NCBI GenBank assembly: GCA_963737155.1
Contig: CAVTRN010000002.1
Span: 1,504,001-1,568,000, forward strand
From: Nitrospirota bacterium
GTDB lineage: Bacteria > Nitrospirota > UBA9217
Reading direction: 5' to 3'
DNA length: 64,000 bases
Position numbers and translations under genes: made by a program. Of this stretch, positions 1 through 11,177 are shown piece after piece; within the stretch, counting starts at the first letter, position 1, and every line of letters begins with the position of its first letter. The notes beneath the pieces were generated by a model. That model saw only the letters and a list, made by a program, of their open reading frames with translations, was not told where the DNA came from and searched no databases.

Positions 1-1050
1 GAGAATCTCGTCTTTGAGGGTGGTGGCTAGTACTGCATACTCATATCGCTTGGCAACTCCGGGCGCTTCCACAAACCCAAGTTCCATCTGATCCTTCTGC
101 TGCAGGCTTATTGCTACGTCTCCCGTGAGCACTCGTCGAAGGATAATAACGCGACGAGATTTCTGCCATCCCATGAGTTGAAGGGATTCTTCCACACCCT
201 CCCAGCCCTGTCCGGCATCTACCCAATCGTTACTATAGAATGCCTTCTCAATAAGCCTCCGCACGTTCTTCGTGAGGCGTAGCTTCACGAGATAGGGCAA
301 TTCTTTTTCTTCTGCCTGACTCATGAAGCCGTCCGTGCCCCAGCCTGAATCCCCCCGGAAAAAGGCAGGCCAAAAGCGACGCGGGAGTCGTTCCAGAAGC
401 TGCCATAACCCCGGGGTGCTGTAACACGTTGCTGTTTTGTTTCCGGCCTGCACCTCAACATCCAAAACAAGCCGGGTATTGGCCATCAGGTAACTGTGAT
501 AGGTGTGAGACGGCCTGCCGGGCTTATGCGGGTTGTAACCAATGACCGCGCCCTCTTGTTTTCCGTACAACGGTTTGACTGTCGTATCTCCGTCCATAAT
601 CCATGGCATGCACAGGAGGGATTCATAACATCGCCTCATGTGCTCAGTAAGCCATGAGATGCCGGCATGCTCATCCATCTGCTTAAATCCCCGCCGTACG
701 GTGTCTTCGCTCACGACCTTCGTCATGCCGAGTAGTGCCGGGTTGACATTATCGCTTCGAACGCTCGTCATGTGGGAATAACGATGGTGACCGGCTAGAA
801 CGGACAACAGGACTGTACCGAGAAGATCGCGCTTCTCGGGTGCGTTAGGACTCGTGTAGTGCAGTGGACAGTCTGCTACCCATGGTTCGTAGATTCCACC
901 CGTCTTCAAAAAATCGATGAAGAACGCCAGCTGGCCCATTGGCGTAACGGCTGCTGTTGAATCCCATTCAACATGCACTTTTCCTGCAAAGGTATCGACT
1001 GCAATTCTATCTGTTTTATCTGTAGGTGGAGATGAAATCGAGTCACCCAT
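1..1050 (-). CDS. IS1380-family DDE transposase (3' end outside window)
   Basis: Manual translation from ATG 1050 (AGGAGG upstream): ...DTFAGKVHVEWD...TPMGQLAFF...DGDTTVKPLYGKQEGAVIGYNPHKPGRPSH...RGDSGWG; open to the window edge. Confidence 0.85.
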   Translation of the reverse strand, partial: MGDSISSPPTDKTDRIAVDTFAGKVHVEWDSTAAVTPMGQLAFFIDFLKTGGIYEPWVADCPLHYTSPNAPEKRDLLGTVLLSVLAGHHRYSHMTSVRSDNVNPALLGMTKVVSEDTVRRGFKQMDEHAGISWLTEHMRRCYESLLCMPWIMDGDTTVKPLYGKQEGAVIGYNPHKPGRPSHTYHSYLMANTRLVLDVEVQAGNKTATCYSTPGLWQLLERLPRRFWPAFFRGDSGWGTDGFMSQAEEKELPYLVKLRLTKNVRRLIEKAFYSNDWVDAGQGWEGVEESLQLMGWQKSRRVIILRRVLTGDVAISLQQKDQMELGFVEAPGVAKRYEYAVLATTLKDEIL

Positions 1051-1133
1051 TGGGTGAGACCTCCTTGTTGAAAGAAGTATCATAGTATCCAATAGTTAAC
1101 TCAGATTTGCAAGGCCCAACTGCCGTTTATAGG
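1..1133 (-). mobile_element. IS1380-family insertion sequence (partial)
   Basis: Transposase plus terminal CCTATAAACGGCAGTT (minus strand) ending at 1133; the same end recurs at 12730-12788. Confidence 0.75.
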
Positions 1134-1259
1134 ATAATGAATTAAATGATTGCTCATTGCAACCTGAATGATGGGGGCTATTCACGATATAAATAATTGC
1201 GTTTGATATTGTATCCAGCATGCAGTACTAATGGACGCTATCTTTCCCGGGTTCCTTGA

Positions 1260-1741
1260 CGTCCAAACAACATCTTCCAGAACGATCTATGGCTGAAGTC
1301 GGCAATTATGCAGTACAGCCTCTATCCCCAGCCCATCGGCCAGAAAGGACTGAACCGGGTCGATGTGCGCGACATCGCCGACTGTGCAATTAACGCTCTT
1401 ATGAAATCAGGGCAAGAGGGGGGGACGTATGAGGTCCACGGACCCGAAACTCTGACCGGCGAAGGGATCGCCAAGGCCTATACAAAGCATCTGGGACGCG
1501 AGATCCGCTACAGCGGGGACGACCTCGATGCCTGGGCAGAAAAATCAAAAGGTATGATGCCGGAGACCTGCTTGCCGATATGCGTATCATGTATCAGTTC
1601 TTTCAAGATAACGGAATGATCGCGGCGAAGGACGACCTTGAAAAGATAGAGAAGCTCCTTGGACGCAAGTCCCGCAGCTTTGACGACTTCGTTAAGGAGA
1701 TTATCTTGGAGTGGAGGAGCAAGGTGGGAAAAGCCGCGTAA
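1260..1741 (+). pseudogene. NmrA-like NAD(P)-binding protein fragment, 5'-truncated and frameshifted
   Basis: FQND...VDVRDIADCA...GPETLTGEGIAKAYTKHLGREIRY, then a shifted frame MYQFFQDNG...LLGRKSRSFDDFVKE to TAA 1741. Confidence 0.7.
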
Positions 1742-2080
1742 ATGAATCGCTGCCGGAGGCCGTCATGACGGTATCCGGCTTTATTTGTTTGGCATAGTAA
1801 TAATGCCCGTTTGGTTACAAAATATTCCAAATGTACTTTTATTAGATACTGCACCTTCTGCATCAACAAATTCAGCTTTTATCTGATCCATTTCTTATTA
1901 AGCGTTATACGGTACGAGTTTTTAACTTGCAATTCCTGTAGCTTGCTACAGGTTGCCGCATAGACGGAAGAGTTTGGCAAACCGCAGGTTTCTAATAAGA
2001 TAATTGGCTTTCTTTTTATAGATACTCCGCAGCTTGCTGCGGGAAGGTTCATTACTTATTCTTTGAATTTAAAGAATAAT

Positions 2081-2104
2081 TGGCGGGAGAGCATGAGAAT
2101 CGAA
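2081..2104 (-). repeat. att-like direct repeat of the tRNA-Sec 3' end
   Basis: TGGCGGGAGAGCATGAGAATCGAA is identical to 13263-13286. Confidence 0.85.
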
Positions 2105-2183
2105 ACCGCTTTATGCTTAGCTTAATTGAAGCAAAGGCTTACATCTACGTGCCGTATGATTGCTGTACAGAATTATATGGTTA

Positions 2184-2480
<297 letters not shown>

Positions 2481-2840
2481 TTAATTGTCCACCATCTCAT
2501 CGTGTGCATTGTGCCGCGATATCAGCTTGACTGTAACAAGAAACGTTGTATTATTAGTGCTCGTAATTAAAACCAAGATCCCTTCCTTTGCGGGGTCGTA
2601 TTTGCTTAAAAGCGCAGATAGGCTGGCTTTAGAGTCTATGCCATCAATTATATCAAGAACATCGTTTTTGGTTGTGTAATCATACTCAGTGGGAATTTTA
2701 CCATTTATTACTGAATCCGCATAAACAAGAAGCGCACCCCTTCCTTCTGATAAATAACATTCTCTGTACACCATAGAAATTTCGGGCAAAAATGGGTCAA
2801 GTACTGATAAAGCCTTATCTCTTTCTTCTATTGGTGTCAT
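2481..2840 (-). CDS. hypothetical protein
   Basis: 119-aa ORF with globular composition. Confidence 0.55.
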   Translation of the reverse strand: MTPIEERDKALSVLDPFLPEISMVYRECYLSEGRGALLVYADSVINGKIPTEYDYTTKNDVLDIIDGIDSKASLSALLSKYDPAKEGILVLITSTNNTTFLVTVKLISRHNAHDEMVDN

Positions 2841-2861
2841 TAAAATTTATCTCTGTTTCTT

Positions 2862-3251
2862 CTATTGAGAAGTCGGTGGCCCCATTGTTTAGATTATGAT
2901 TTCATTAACATCTTCTTCGTTTAGACCGAGTTTATCATTCATCAGGACAGTTTCTGCCTTTGCCTTGATAAAGCCGCAATAAGATCCATAGTCCATCTTA
3001 TAAAATCAGGGTTCATCCTCAACGGCAACGCATACGATAACAGCTCCTTCTTTGTTGCGTTCGGAATTATGAACAAAATATGCTATCCGTCTACCTTTAA
3101 AAGCAGCCTCTACAAAATCTGTCACTTGATTGCTCAAATCAAGTTATTCCTTTGCTATAGTGACAGACTTTCTCTTTGAGGGGGATATAGTCTTATTCTT
3201 TGCTATAGAGGCAACCATTATCTTTGATGGGGATACAGCCTTGGCTATCAT
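2862..3251 (-). pseudogene. probable decayed hypothetical gene
   Basis: GGAGG RBS, ATG 3251, 130 codons in one frame with three internal stops; imperfect SPSK..IAK tandem repeat at the start. Confidence 0.35.
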
Positions 3252-3621
3252 TTATAACCTCCGAGTTTATTTGTATGCAACTATTTTAGAGTTATTTTGT
3301 AAGAAGTGCAAGTAGGCCGTGAAATACGGTGAATCTGAGATACTATTTCTACCTCAAGCCTATCCCTGACCACACCTTACGGTTTACCAGAAACCAGAAT
3401 CCTGCATAATCACCATAGTATGATACTATCCCCTTAAGAACAACCAGCCGACAATATGGGGCATCTCGTAGGAAAAAAAGAGAATCACATGCCTGACATA
3501 GACAAGATTAAATAATAGACATTCGAGATCGTATTAACCTTGTGACATTAATCACAAAACATATAATACTATTGTGATATTCTCTTTTTTGCAATAAGGT
3601 CCCTCATCCGAAATAAGACTT

Positions 3622-3660
3622 CTGATAAAGGTAAATCAGGGGAAACCCTGCGATCGCAAG
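3622..3660 (+). promoter_or_regulatory. partial c-di-GMP-I (GEMM)-like riboswitch motif
   Basis: GGTAAA-TCAGGG-GAAA-CCCTG-CGATCGCAA resembles the GEMM P2 hairpin with GAAA tetraloop; P3 not recognisable. Confidence 0.35.
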
Positions 3661-3857
3661 TTGTTGAAATTATCATTTCTCTAAATTCATAAAGTTGTAA
3701 TTTGTACTCGACACTATTTCCCCAATACCATTATAATAAACTGGAGATTTACATGGTATTAATCGGTGTTTCTAACATGCTTAGTGACATCTATGAGTGC
3801 GTAAACTTGCAGCGTAATTGATATAGGCTGTTTTTGCACTGAAAGGGAGGTTTGGGC

Positions 3858-4037
3858 ATGAATATTCAGGAAGTCAGAAGCATAGCAAGAAAAATGGGGA
3901 TTGACACAAGGAAGGTGACTATGGCAGACCTTATCAGGGCTATTCAAAAAGCAGAAGGGTACAACCCTTGTTTTGCCACCTCCTCTGTTCAGACATGTGG
4001 CCAAATGAATTGCATGTTGCGTTCATATTGCAAGTAG
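3858..4037 (+). CDS. small SAP/Rho-N-like protein with Cys cluster
   Basis: GGAGG RBS; LIRAIQKAEGYNPCF...CGQMNC...C. Confidence 0.8.
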   Translation: MNIQEVRSIARKMGIDTRKVTMADLIRAIQKAEGYNPCFATSSVQTCGQMNCMLRSYCK

Positions 4038-4293
4038 GATATTAAAATCAGATTTAATATAAGTTGATCTCATTCCTTCCGTGAGAGAGCATCACCTGTT
4101 CTCTCCGATTGCCCTATTTCAAATCTTATCGACCGAAAAAAATGCTTATTTATATTTCCTCCCCAACAGGAAACAACTCGTTTTTTTATCGAAAGTTTTT
4201 TTATTGGACAACACCAGCTACTTACTTCGATTATGGTATAATTATTTTTGGCGGCAAATTCCTACACGCATTGAATGAACCTATAGGGTTGCA

Positions 4294-4540
4294 ATGAAGA
4301 TTATAGACATTAAAGAAGCTGCAAAAAAGAAGGAAGCGCGTGGCAATATATTGAAAAAACTTCAGGAAGTCAGAGCCATCGCAATAAAAAATGGGAATTG
4401 ACACAAGGAACGTGACCAAAGCAGGGCTTATTAGAGCAATCCAAAGAGCCGAGGGTAACAACGATTGTTATATGTCTGCTCAAGTGCTGACCTGCGAGCG
4501 GACGAATTGTCTTTGGCGTGAGGACTGTGCATTATGCTGA
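4294..4540 (+). pseudogene. second SAP/Rho-N-like protein, frameshifted in an A-run
   Basis: MKIIDIKEAA...LQEVRAIAIK, shift, MGIDTRNVTKAGLIRAIQRAEGNNDCY...C...CLWREDC. Confidence 0.65.
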
Positions 4541-4779
4541 GGCTGTTTTAATAGACTTTTTCGATGAAAGTCTGGGTAGGTAATAAATGACTTAGGGTTT
4601 TTCATTGTTCAAGTCTTTCCGCCATCCTCACCTCTTTTCCATTCCGTACCAGTCTTTTATCGGTAATCTGGCCATGACCGGCGACCCCAAATGCTGCCCG
4701 CTGCTTGGGATGATAAAATGTCGAACCTTTCCATACTGGACAGCCCACCTTGAAATCGTGAATCATAGGAGTTACTCTT

Positions 4780-5328
4780 ATGTCAAAACCGATAACCGTT
4801 ACCTTCGAAGGCAATGAATACCTGTGGGATGGTAAAAAGTGGTTTGACAGAAACACGTTCCTTGAACCACCAAAAGCCATTGTATCAAAACTCCACGCTT
4901 TATCTGCAAACCAGTTATCTGCTCAGGATGAAACAATTACCGACATCGATGAACTATTGCGACGAGCCAACCACGCGCAAAAGCATGGACAAATCAAGAG
5001 AGCCTTGAAATTAGCTCGCCTAATTCATGCCCAGAAACCAAAGCATATAGAAGCAGTTGCTATGCTTTGTGGTATCCTCAGAACTGTAAATCAACCTGAA
5101 AAAGCTTTGTTGTTGGCAGATAGATTCCGTTACTCAAATTATTCCCCCATTCTTACATCACGTGCTTCTGCACTCTGTGATTTAAACCGTTGGGAAGAAG
5201 GGCTTAAACAGATTCAACAGGTTATTGCTATTGAAATGAAATCAAAAAAGAGTAGCGGAAGTCCACAAGCTTTATCGGTCTATAGCAGAATCAAGGATAA
5301 TGCACCGGATTTGTTTGATCAAAACTGA
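4780..5328 (+). CDS. TPR-like hypothetical protein
   Basis: AGGAG RBS; helical repeats such as RASALCDLNRWEEGL. Confidence 0.65.
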   Translation: MSKPITVTFEGNEYLWDGKKWFDRNTFLEPPKAIVSKLHALSANQLSAQDETITDIDELLRRANHAQKHGQIKRALKLARLIHAQKPKHIEAVAMLCGILRTVNQPEKALLLADRFRYSNYSPILTSRASALCDLNRWEEGLKQIQQVIAIEMKSKKSSGSPQALSVYSRIKDNAPDLFDQN

Positions 5329-5841
5329 TTGATGGAGGGGTTAACGGTGAAAGGAGAATAGCGGGACATGTATGTAAAGCTTTGCGATAATAGTCACTTC
5401 AAAAGTTACGGTACCACAATAATTAAGAAGCCACCAATCTCATAAAGAAATTTGGGTCTTCTGGGTTTTGTGTGGGTGCTTTTTAACCCCATTTGGCCCA
5501 GAACCACATTTCGCAACGAAATTTAGAGCTGTCATTATTGGCAAATATGGATGTTTCCTAGGTCAAACGATTATACATTTTCATTAATTGCCAGCATTTG
5601 ATTTGGGTCAAGTTTTATGGCGGTACAAATGCCATAAAACGCCTGTCAATTAAGGATAGAATCGCTTTCTGGCTGCAATTTATACCCACAGGAAAGCCGG
5701 AAGAGCCAGAAACTTATTATAACATGCCGACCACGGGATAATACGTAATATGCCAAGCGTAAAAAGTGCACGCCAAACCATCCTATTGAGTGGCTGAAAA
5801 CAAGGATTGAAAACAACCAATAGGGGATACAAGGACAGCGG

Positions 5842-6336
5842 TTATTTCAATGAATGCAGCCCAAACATATTTCCTTCAGTATCATAAACGAGGGAGATAA
5901 ATCCGTACTCACCGATGGAAAATTTCTTTTTCTCAATACTCCCTCCATTTTTCAGCACTCGATTTTCCTCAATTGAGCAATCTGCACAACTGAAGTAAAC
6001 AATGGTGCCATTACCACCAGAGGAAACGCCATCCATTTTAATCAAGGCTCCGCTAGCACCCCAGCCATCTATCTCCATTGGAAAGCCCCATATTTCAATT
6101 TTTGGGTTATTTAATCTACTCAACTTGACTTGAAAGACGGATTCGTAAAATTTCTTCGCACGTCTGAGGTTTTGCACATAGATTTCAAACCAGCCAACGG
6201 GATTGTATTTCACCGGAGTTTCCTTATTGGTTACTTCTCCGATGAACTCCAATAATTCGGCGGCTGCCTTCTTGGTTATTGATGCCTTTTCCGCAACCTG
6301 AGCTACCAATTGAGTTTTCGTCATTGCTTTTGCCAT
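5842..6336 (-). CDS. HU N-terminal helices fused to a VOC/glyoxalase domain
   Basis: aa 1-40 match the HU at 15959-16246; then NPVGWFEIYV...FYESVF...VYFSC...DTEGNMFGLHS. Confidence 0.8.
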   Translation of the reverse strand: MAKAMTKTQLVAQVAEKASITKKAAAELLEFIGEVTNKETPVKYNPVGWFEIYVQNLRRAKKFYESVFQVKLSRLNNPKIEIWGFPMEIDGWGASGALIKMDGVSSGGNGTIVYFSCADCSIEENRVLKNGGSIEKKKFSIGEYGFISLVYDTEGNMFGLHSLK

Positions 6337-7014
6337 TTATCCCTCCATTTTAATTGAACGCATTGTTCTATTGTCAAGAATAGTCAAACCAACTGCAAGT
6401 TGATGTGAGGCCTGTACCAATGCAGATGCTACCTGAGAAGCCTGTACACCCGCCAAAAATGATGGAAAGAGCCAGGTTATCTTCTTGGCGATATGTTCCC
6501 CAAGCCGGTATTCCTGTCTGTCGCCCAGTAGCATGGATGGACGAGCTACCGTAACAGAAGGATACCCAAGTGTCAGGATAGCGTCTTCCAACTCACCTTT
6601 TATGCGATTATAAAAGAACCGAGAGCGGGGATTTGCACCAATGGCACTTACCAGTAGGAATTGACGGGCACCCTGTGAGCGAGCAAGTTTGGCAACTGTA
6701 AGGGGATAATCGAAATCCACTTGTCTGAATGCCGTCTGTGTCTTTGCGTTAGCTATTGTGGTACCAAGAGCACAGAAGACCATATCAACCTCAAACCATT
6801 CAGAGTGTTCCTGTAGCTTTTCAAAATCAGTTATGAGCTCTTTAACAACAGGGGATTTGTCCTCAGACGGCAATGAGCGTCTTGTCAGAGCGCGAACCTC
6901 ACCTATTGTGCTATCCTGAACAAGTAGGTGAAGGATATTCTGCCCTACAAGGCCTGTAGCTCCTACCAACATGGCACGTTGCTTTGTATTTGTCTGATTG
7001 TCAGTCATTGTCAT
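6337..7014 (-). CDS. NAD(P)H-binding oxidoreductase (YraR/TIP30-like)
   Basis: GATGLVG, FCALGTT, VDFDYP, YNRIKGELE, RPSMLLG. Confidence 0.9.
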   Translation of the reverse strand: MTMTDNQTNTKQRAMLVGATGLVGQNILHLLVQDSTIGEVRALTRRSLPSEDKSPVVKELITDFEKLQEHSEWFEVDMVFCALGTTIANAKTQTAFRQVDFDYPLTVAKLARSQGARQFLLVSAIGANPRSRFFYNRIKGELEDAILTLGYPSVTVARPSMLLGDRQEYRLGEHIAKKITWLFPSFLAGVQASQVASALVQASHQLAVGLTILDNRTMRSIKMEG

Positions 7015-7154
7015 ATAGGCTTGATGTTATCAGGCTGGTAATATTTGAATGAGTTCATCTTGGGCGTGACTCGGTATGCTTCAAGTTCCTCCGAAGGGAA
7101 AGGCTTGAGACCGATTATTTCAATGGCACTGTGTATGTCAAGGCATCCGCACAT
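7011..7154 (-). pseudogene. SRAP (SOS response-associated peptidase) with large internal deletion
   Basis: MCGCLDIHSAIEII joined directly to KPFPSEELEAYRVTPKMNS; matches both ends of 17375-18048. Confidence 0.8.
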
Positions 7155-7530
7155 AGGAGAACCTCTGCTAATATTATAGTTGAATTGTTGATGCGTGGAG
7201 TTGATATTCTGCATATCAATCCAGACCTATACTTTACTTCCAAACATATGAATTTCAAGTTGTATTCTGCATTGATAATTCGTCAACCCCGCTACAAGTT
7301 ATAGTATGTAGGTGTTGTTCGCAGAGAGCCGAGTTTAGTAGAGATGAAGTTTATCGGTCGAAACTCATAATGTGTCAACGTGAATACTGAAGTGCCTACA
7401 CATAAGATACCCATAAGGGCATCTCATACTTTTGACTGGTGTGCTGTGCGCTATAGACACGAGTCCTCAAAATAAGTATTATGGAAACATAAAGGGATAT
7501 GAATGTCAGGAATAGGCCACGAAGGCATGC

Positions 7531-10182
7531 ATGAGCACTGATCATATAAAGGATAAATTCATGGACACTGTAGATTATTTCCAGGCGATCTTCGAAGGCA
7601 GCCCGCAACCGATGTGGGTCTATGACCTGGAGACCATGAAGTTCCTTGCGGTGAACAAAGCAGCCGTGGAGCATTACGGGTATACACACGAAGAATTTCT
7701 TTCCATGAACATCAAGGCGATTAGACCTCCCGAGGAAGTGCCCCGCCTTGTCAATATGATCTCGCAACTCGGCCTCGGGGTGCAGCACTTAGGCTCTTGG
7801 AAGCACTGCAGAAAGGACGGTTCTCTCATGTATGTGGAGATATCGTCCCATGGTATCCTCTATGGAGGACGGAAGGCGCGATTTGTTATCGTCCTGGATG
7901 TCACCGAGCACAAGCGGACCGAAGATGCCCTAAAAGTAAGCGAATTTTTCTTCAAGGAATCGCAGCGTGCGGCAGCTATAGGTTCATATAAAACTGATTT
8001 CATCGCCGGTGTTTGGGAATCCTCTGAAGTCCTGGATAAGATTTTCGGTATTGGCAAGAATTACAACCGTAATATTCAAGGTTGGCTGAATATTGTGCAC
8101 CCCGATGACAGTGACATGATGGACCAATATTTAAGAGAAGAGGTCATAGCTAAAAGAAAACCCTTTTCAAAAGAATATAGGATAATTCAAAAAAATAATG
8201 GAGAAACAAAATGGGTATATGGTTTGGGTGAAGTCAAATTCGATACCAATGGTAAAATCTTATCCATGATTGGAACTATCCAGGACATCACCGAGCGTAA
8301 AAAGGCGGAGGAGGCACTACGCGACAGCGAGAAAAAGTTTCGGGACCTCTTTAACAACACCGAAATCGCCATGTTCAGGACAAAGCTTGACGGATCTGAG
8401 GTCCTGGATGTGAACCAGAAGTTTCTTGATCTCGTCGGGATGACGCGGGAGGAGACGTTGGGAAAACCCTCAGTGGTACTTTGGGAAAACCCGAAAGAGC
8501 GCGAAAAGATGTCCAGAATGCTTATAGCCGACGGCAGCGTGTCGAATTTTGAATTCAAAATGCTGAACAAAAGGAAAGGCGTAAGAAACTGTATTACATC
8601 GCTGAGGGTCTACCGGGAACAGGGTATCCTCGATGGGTCCGTTGCTGACATCACTGAGCAGAGACAGGCGGAAGAGGCCCTAAGAAAGTCCTTGGCGAAG
8701 TATCGTGACCTTTTTGAGAATGCCAACGATGCGATCTTCATCGTCAGCTCTGACTTCCGCTATCTCGATGTGAACAAGAAGGCAGTGGAGGTCCTGGGAT
8801 ATACCAAGGAAGAACTGCTGGCCATGAAGATAACCGACCTTATTCCCTCTGATCAGGTCCCGCGGTCATTGGCCGAGTTCAAAAAACTGAATGAGCGCGG
8901 TTCCTACGAGAATTTTGTCGGCAAGGTCAGGACTAAGGAAGGCCAATGGCTCGATGTGGAGGTCAGCTCATCAGCTATCATTGAAGATGGAAAGATCATC
9001 GGTTCGCGTGACATCCTAAGGGACATTACGGACCGTAAGAAGATGGAGGCGGAGCTTCTTAGAGTTCAGAAGCTGGAGTCCCTCGGCACCCTTGCAGGCG
9101 GCATCGCTCACGACTTCAACAATCTTCTCCAGGGTGTCTTTGGCTATATATCCATGGCGAAACTGACCTACGATAAGAGAGATAAATCGCTCACCATGCT
9201 CACGCAGGCAGAGAAGGCCTTGCACCAGTCCGTGAATCTAACCACACAGCTTTTGACTTTCTCGAAGGGTGGCAAGCCGGTAATTAAACCCACCCACGTT
9301 CGACCATTAATAGAGAATGCCGCCAAGTTCGCCCTGAGCGGGTCACGTTCCGAGTGCCGAATTGCCGCTAACGACGCTCTCTGGCAGGTGGCGGGGAACG
9401 ACGGCCAGATTGCCCAGGTGATCCAAAATATTGTTCTAAACGCCGATCAGGCCATGCCGGAGGGCGGACTGGTCGCGATCAGGGCGAAGAATGTGCAAGT
9501 TATCAACCAGTCTCCCGATCTCGCCCTCCCGAAAGGCAGATACGTGGTGATCGTTATCAAGGACAACGGCATCGGCATTCCGGAAGAGCACTGTACGAAG
9601 ATTTTCGACCCCTATTTTACGACAAAGCAAAAGGGCAGCGGTTTGGGGCTTGCGACTTCCTATTCGATTATCAGGAACCATGGCGGCTTGATCAAGGTAA
9701 ACTCTAAGGTAGGCAAAGGCAGCACTTTTTATATATACCTGCCCGCGTCAGGAACACAGGAGAAACTTGAATCCTTGCAAGCGGAGGTCGTCGCAGCACC
9801 GCGGCGTGCCACCAGAATATTGGTCATGGATGATGAAGAAGTCATTAGGAGTCTGAGCATCGATTTACTCGACGCGCTAGGACATACTGTGGAGGTTGCA
9901 GAACACGGCCAGGAGGCCGTGGAAAAGTATCAGAATGCTATGACCGCAGGCAGGCCCTTTGACATCGTCATCCTCGATTTAACTGTTCGGGGTGGTATGG
10001 GGGGATTAGAAACTATACAAAAGCTTCTCCAGATTAATCCTGCTGTGAAAGCAGTCGTGTCGAGCGGGTATTCCGATGATAGCGTCATGTCGAATTATCG
10101 CAAGCAGGGTTTCCAGTCCTGCCTCAATAAACCCTATGATGTAAAAAGTCTACAGAAGACATTGGATTCATTGATTGCATGA
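7531..10182 (+). CDS. multi-PAS hybrid sensor histidine kinase/response regulator
   Basis: Four PAS/PAC units, H-box AHDFNNLL, DNGIG / FTTK / GSGLGL, C-terminal receiver (MDDE, LDL, KPY). Confidence 0.95.
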   Translation: MSTDHIKDKFMDTVDYFQAIFEGSPQPMWVYDLETMKFLAVNKAAVEHYGYTHEEFLSMNIKAIRPPEEVPRLVNMISQLGLGVQHLGSWKHCRKDGSLMYVEISSHGILYGGRKARFVIVLDVTEHKRTEDALKVSEFFFKESQRAAAIGSYKTDFIAGVWESSEVLDKIFGIGKNYNRNIQGWLNIVHPDDSDMMDQYLREEVIAKRKPFSKEYRIIQKNNGETKWVYGLGEVKFDTNGKILSMIGTIQDITERKKAEEALRDSEKKFRDLFNNTEIAMFRTKLDGSEVLDVNQKFLDLVGMTREETLGKPSVVLWENPKEREKMSRMLIADGSVSNFEFKMLNKRKGVRNCITSLRVYREQGILDGSVADITEQRQAEEALRKSLAKYRDLFENANDAIFIVSSDFRYLDVNKKAVEVLGYTKEELLAMKITDLIPSDQVPRSLAEFKKLNERGSYENFVGKVRTKEGQWLDVEVSSSAIIEDGKIIGSRDILRDITDRKKMEAELLRVQKLESLGTLAGGIAHDFNNLLQGVFGYISMAKLTYDKRDKSLTMLTQAEKALHQSVNLTTQLLTFSKGGKPVIKPTHVRPLIENAAKFALSGSRSECRIAANDALWQVAGNDGQIAQVIQNIVLNADQAMPEGGLVAIRAKNVQVINQSPDLALPKGRYVVIVIKDNGIGIPEEHCTKIFDPYFTTKQKGSGLGLATSYSIIRNHGGLIKVNSKVGKGSTFYIYLPASGTQEKLESLQAEVVAAPRRATRILVMDDEEVIRSLSIDLLDALGHTVEVAEHGQEAVEKYQNAMTAGRPFDIVILDLTVRGGMGGLETIQKLLQINPAVKAVVSSGYSDDSVMSNYRKQGFQSCLNKPYDVKSLQKTLDSLIA

Positions 10183-10573
10183 TACAATCAAAAATACTTT
10201 ACCCTTGTCACAAAATTGACCATGCAGACTCGTAGGTGAAGGCAAGTTTCATATAATATTAGCTTAGGTGCAGAAATCATTTTGTATCATTGAGTTTTGT
10301 GATAAAGTAATCTGTCGGCAAGTACATCTTCCTGAAGTCTTAGAGTTGTCTATCCTCGCAACAACATAAATAATCATCTTGAATTCTTCGACGTGCTGTT
10401 CGGCAAATACCCTATCAGCAGCATTGACACTAGCGTGGTTCAGACATATATTCGCGACATAATGCAACATTAATATGCCGGTTATTTTGCTAATCAAACC
10501 AACAACAGCTCTTCCAAAATGACAGTTACTGTTTCCGTCCTATCAGACGCTGGTTGTGTCAGATTAATCGAAT

Positions 10574-10840
10574 ATGAAAGAGAAGTTAGCTTCCTCAATG
10601 ACTTTCTATTATAAAGTGCTATTTCCCTTTCTCTGGTTTACAGGATTCGGAGCAGGCACAATTGCGATGTGGCTTGGCAGACTCAACCAAGCATCGCAGT
10701 CCTCGGACGATCCGAGATTGATAATTTTAGTTGCTTGGATAGCAGTCTCCTTATTCCTGCTGACGTATACTATTTGTCTAAAAGTAGTGTCCCTGGATAA
10801 AGACGTTTTGGTTATCAAAGATTTTCGTGAAAGTAATTAG
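10574..10840 (+). CDS. small membrane protein (possibly truncated)
   Basis: Two hydrophobic segments. Confidence 0.5.
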   Translation: MKEKLASSMTFYYKVLFPFLWFTGFGAGTIAMWLGRLNQASQSSDDPRLIILVAWIAVSLFLLTYTICLKVVSLDKDVLVIKDFRESN

Positions 10841-11177
10841 AGAAATTCCCCTGGCGAGCAATACGACGATTGGCGTCCTGGCTCGATACTATATTAGTAC
10901 TATTTTGGGTGCTGCTGGTATGTTTATTGGGTATCACTTCTAGTGGTTATATGGAGTGTTCATAAAATGCCTTTGGGGATAAAAATATATAGCATACTCT
11001 CGGTGATTTAGGTAAGTTGGAATAACATTTTTTCATTACTGTGTTCACGGCGTCCAGTCGTAAAGATAAAAATATTTAATTCCAGTTGACGCCGATATTC
11101 CTGATGAAAAAAGACTTTTAAAAAGAACTGTAGCTAAAGACATCGGGAGAATACATTGATACGGGAGGAGATGGAGC

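Noticed and set aside
10495-10560. Second attC-like site (AACCAAC...GTTGTGT)
   Set aside because: No convincing L boxes or central stem
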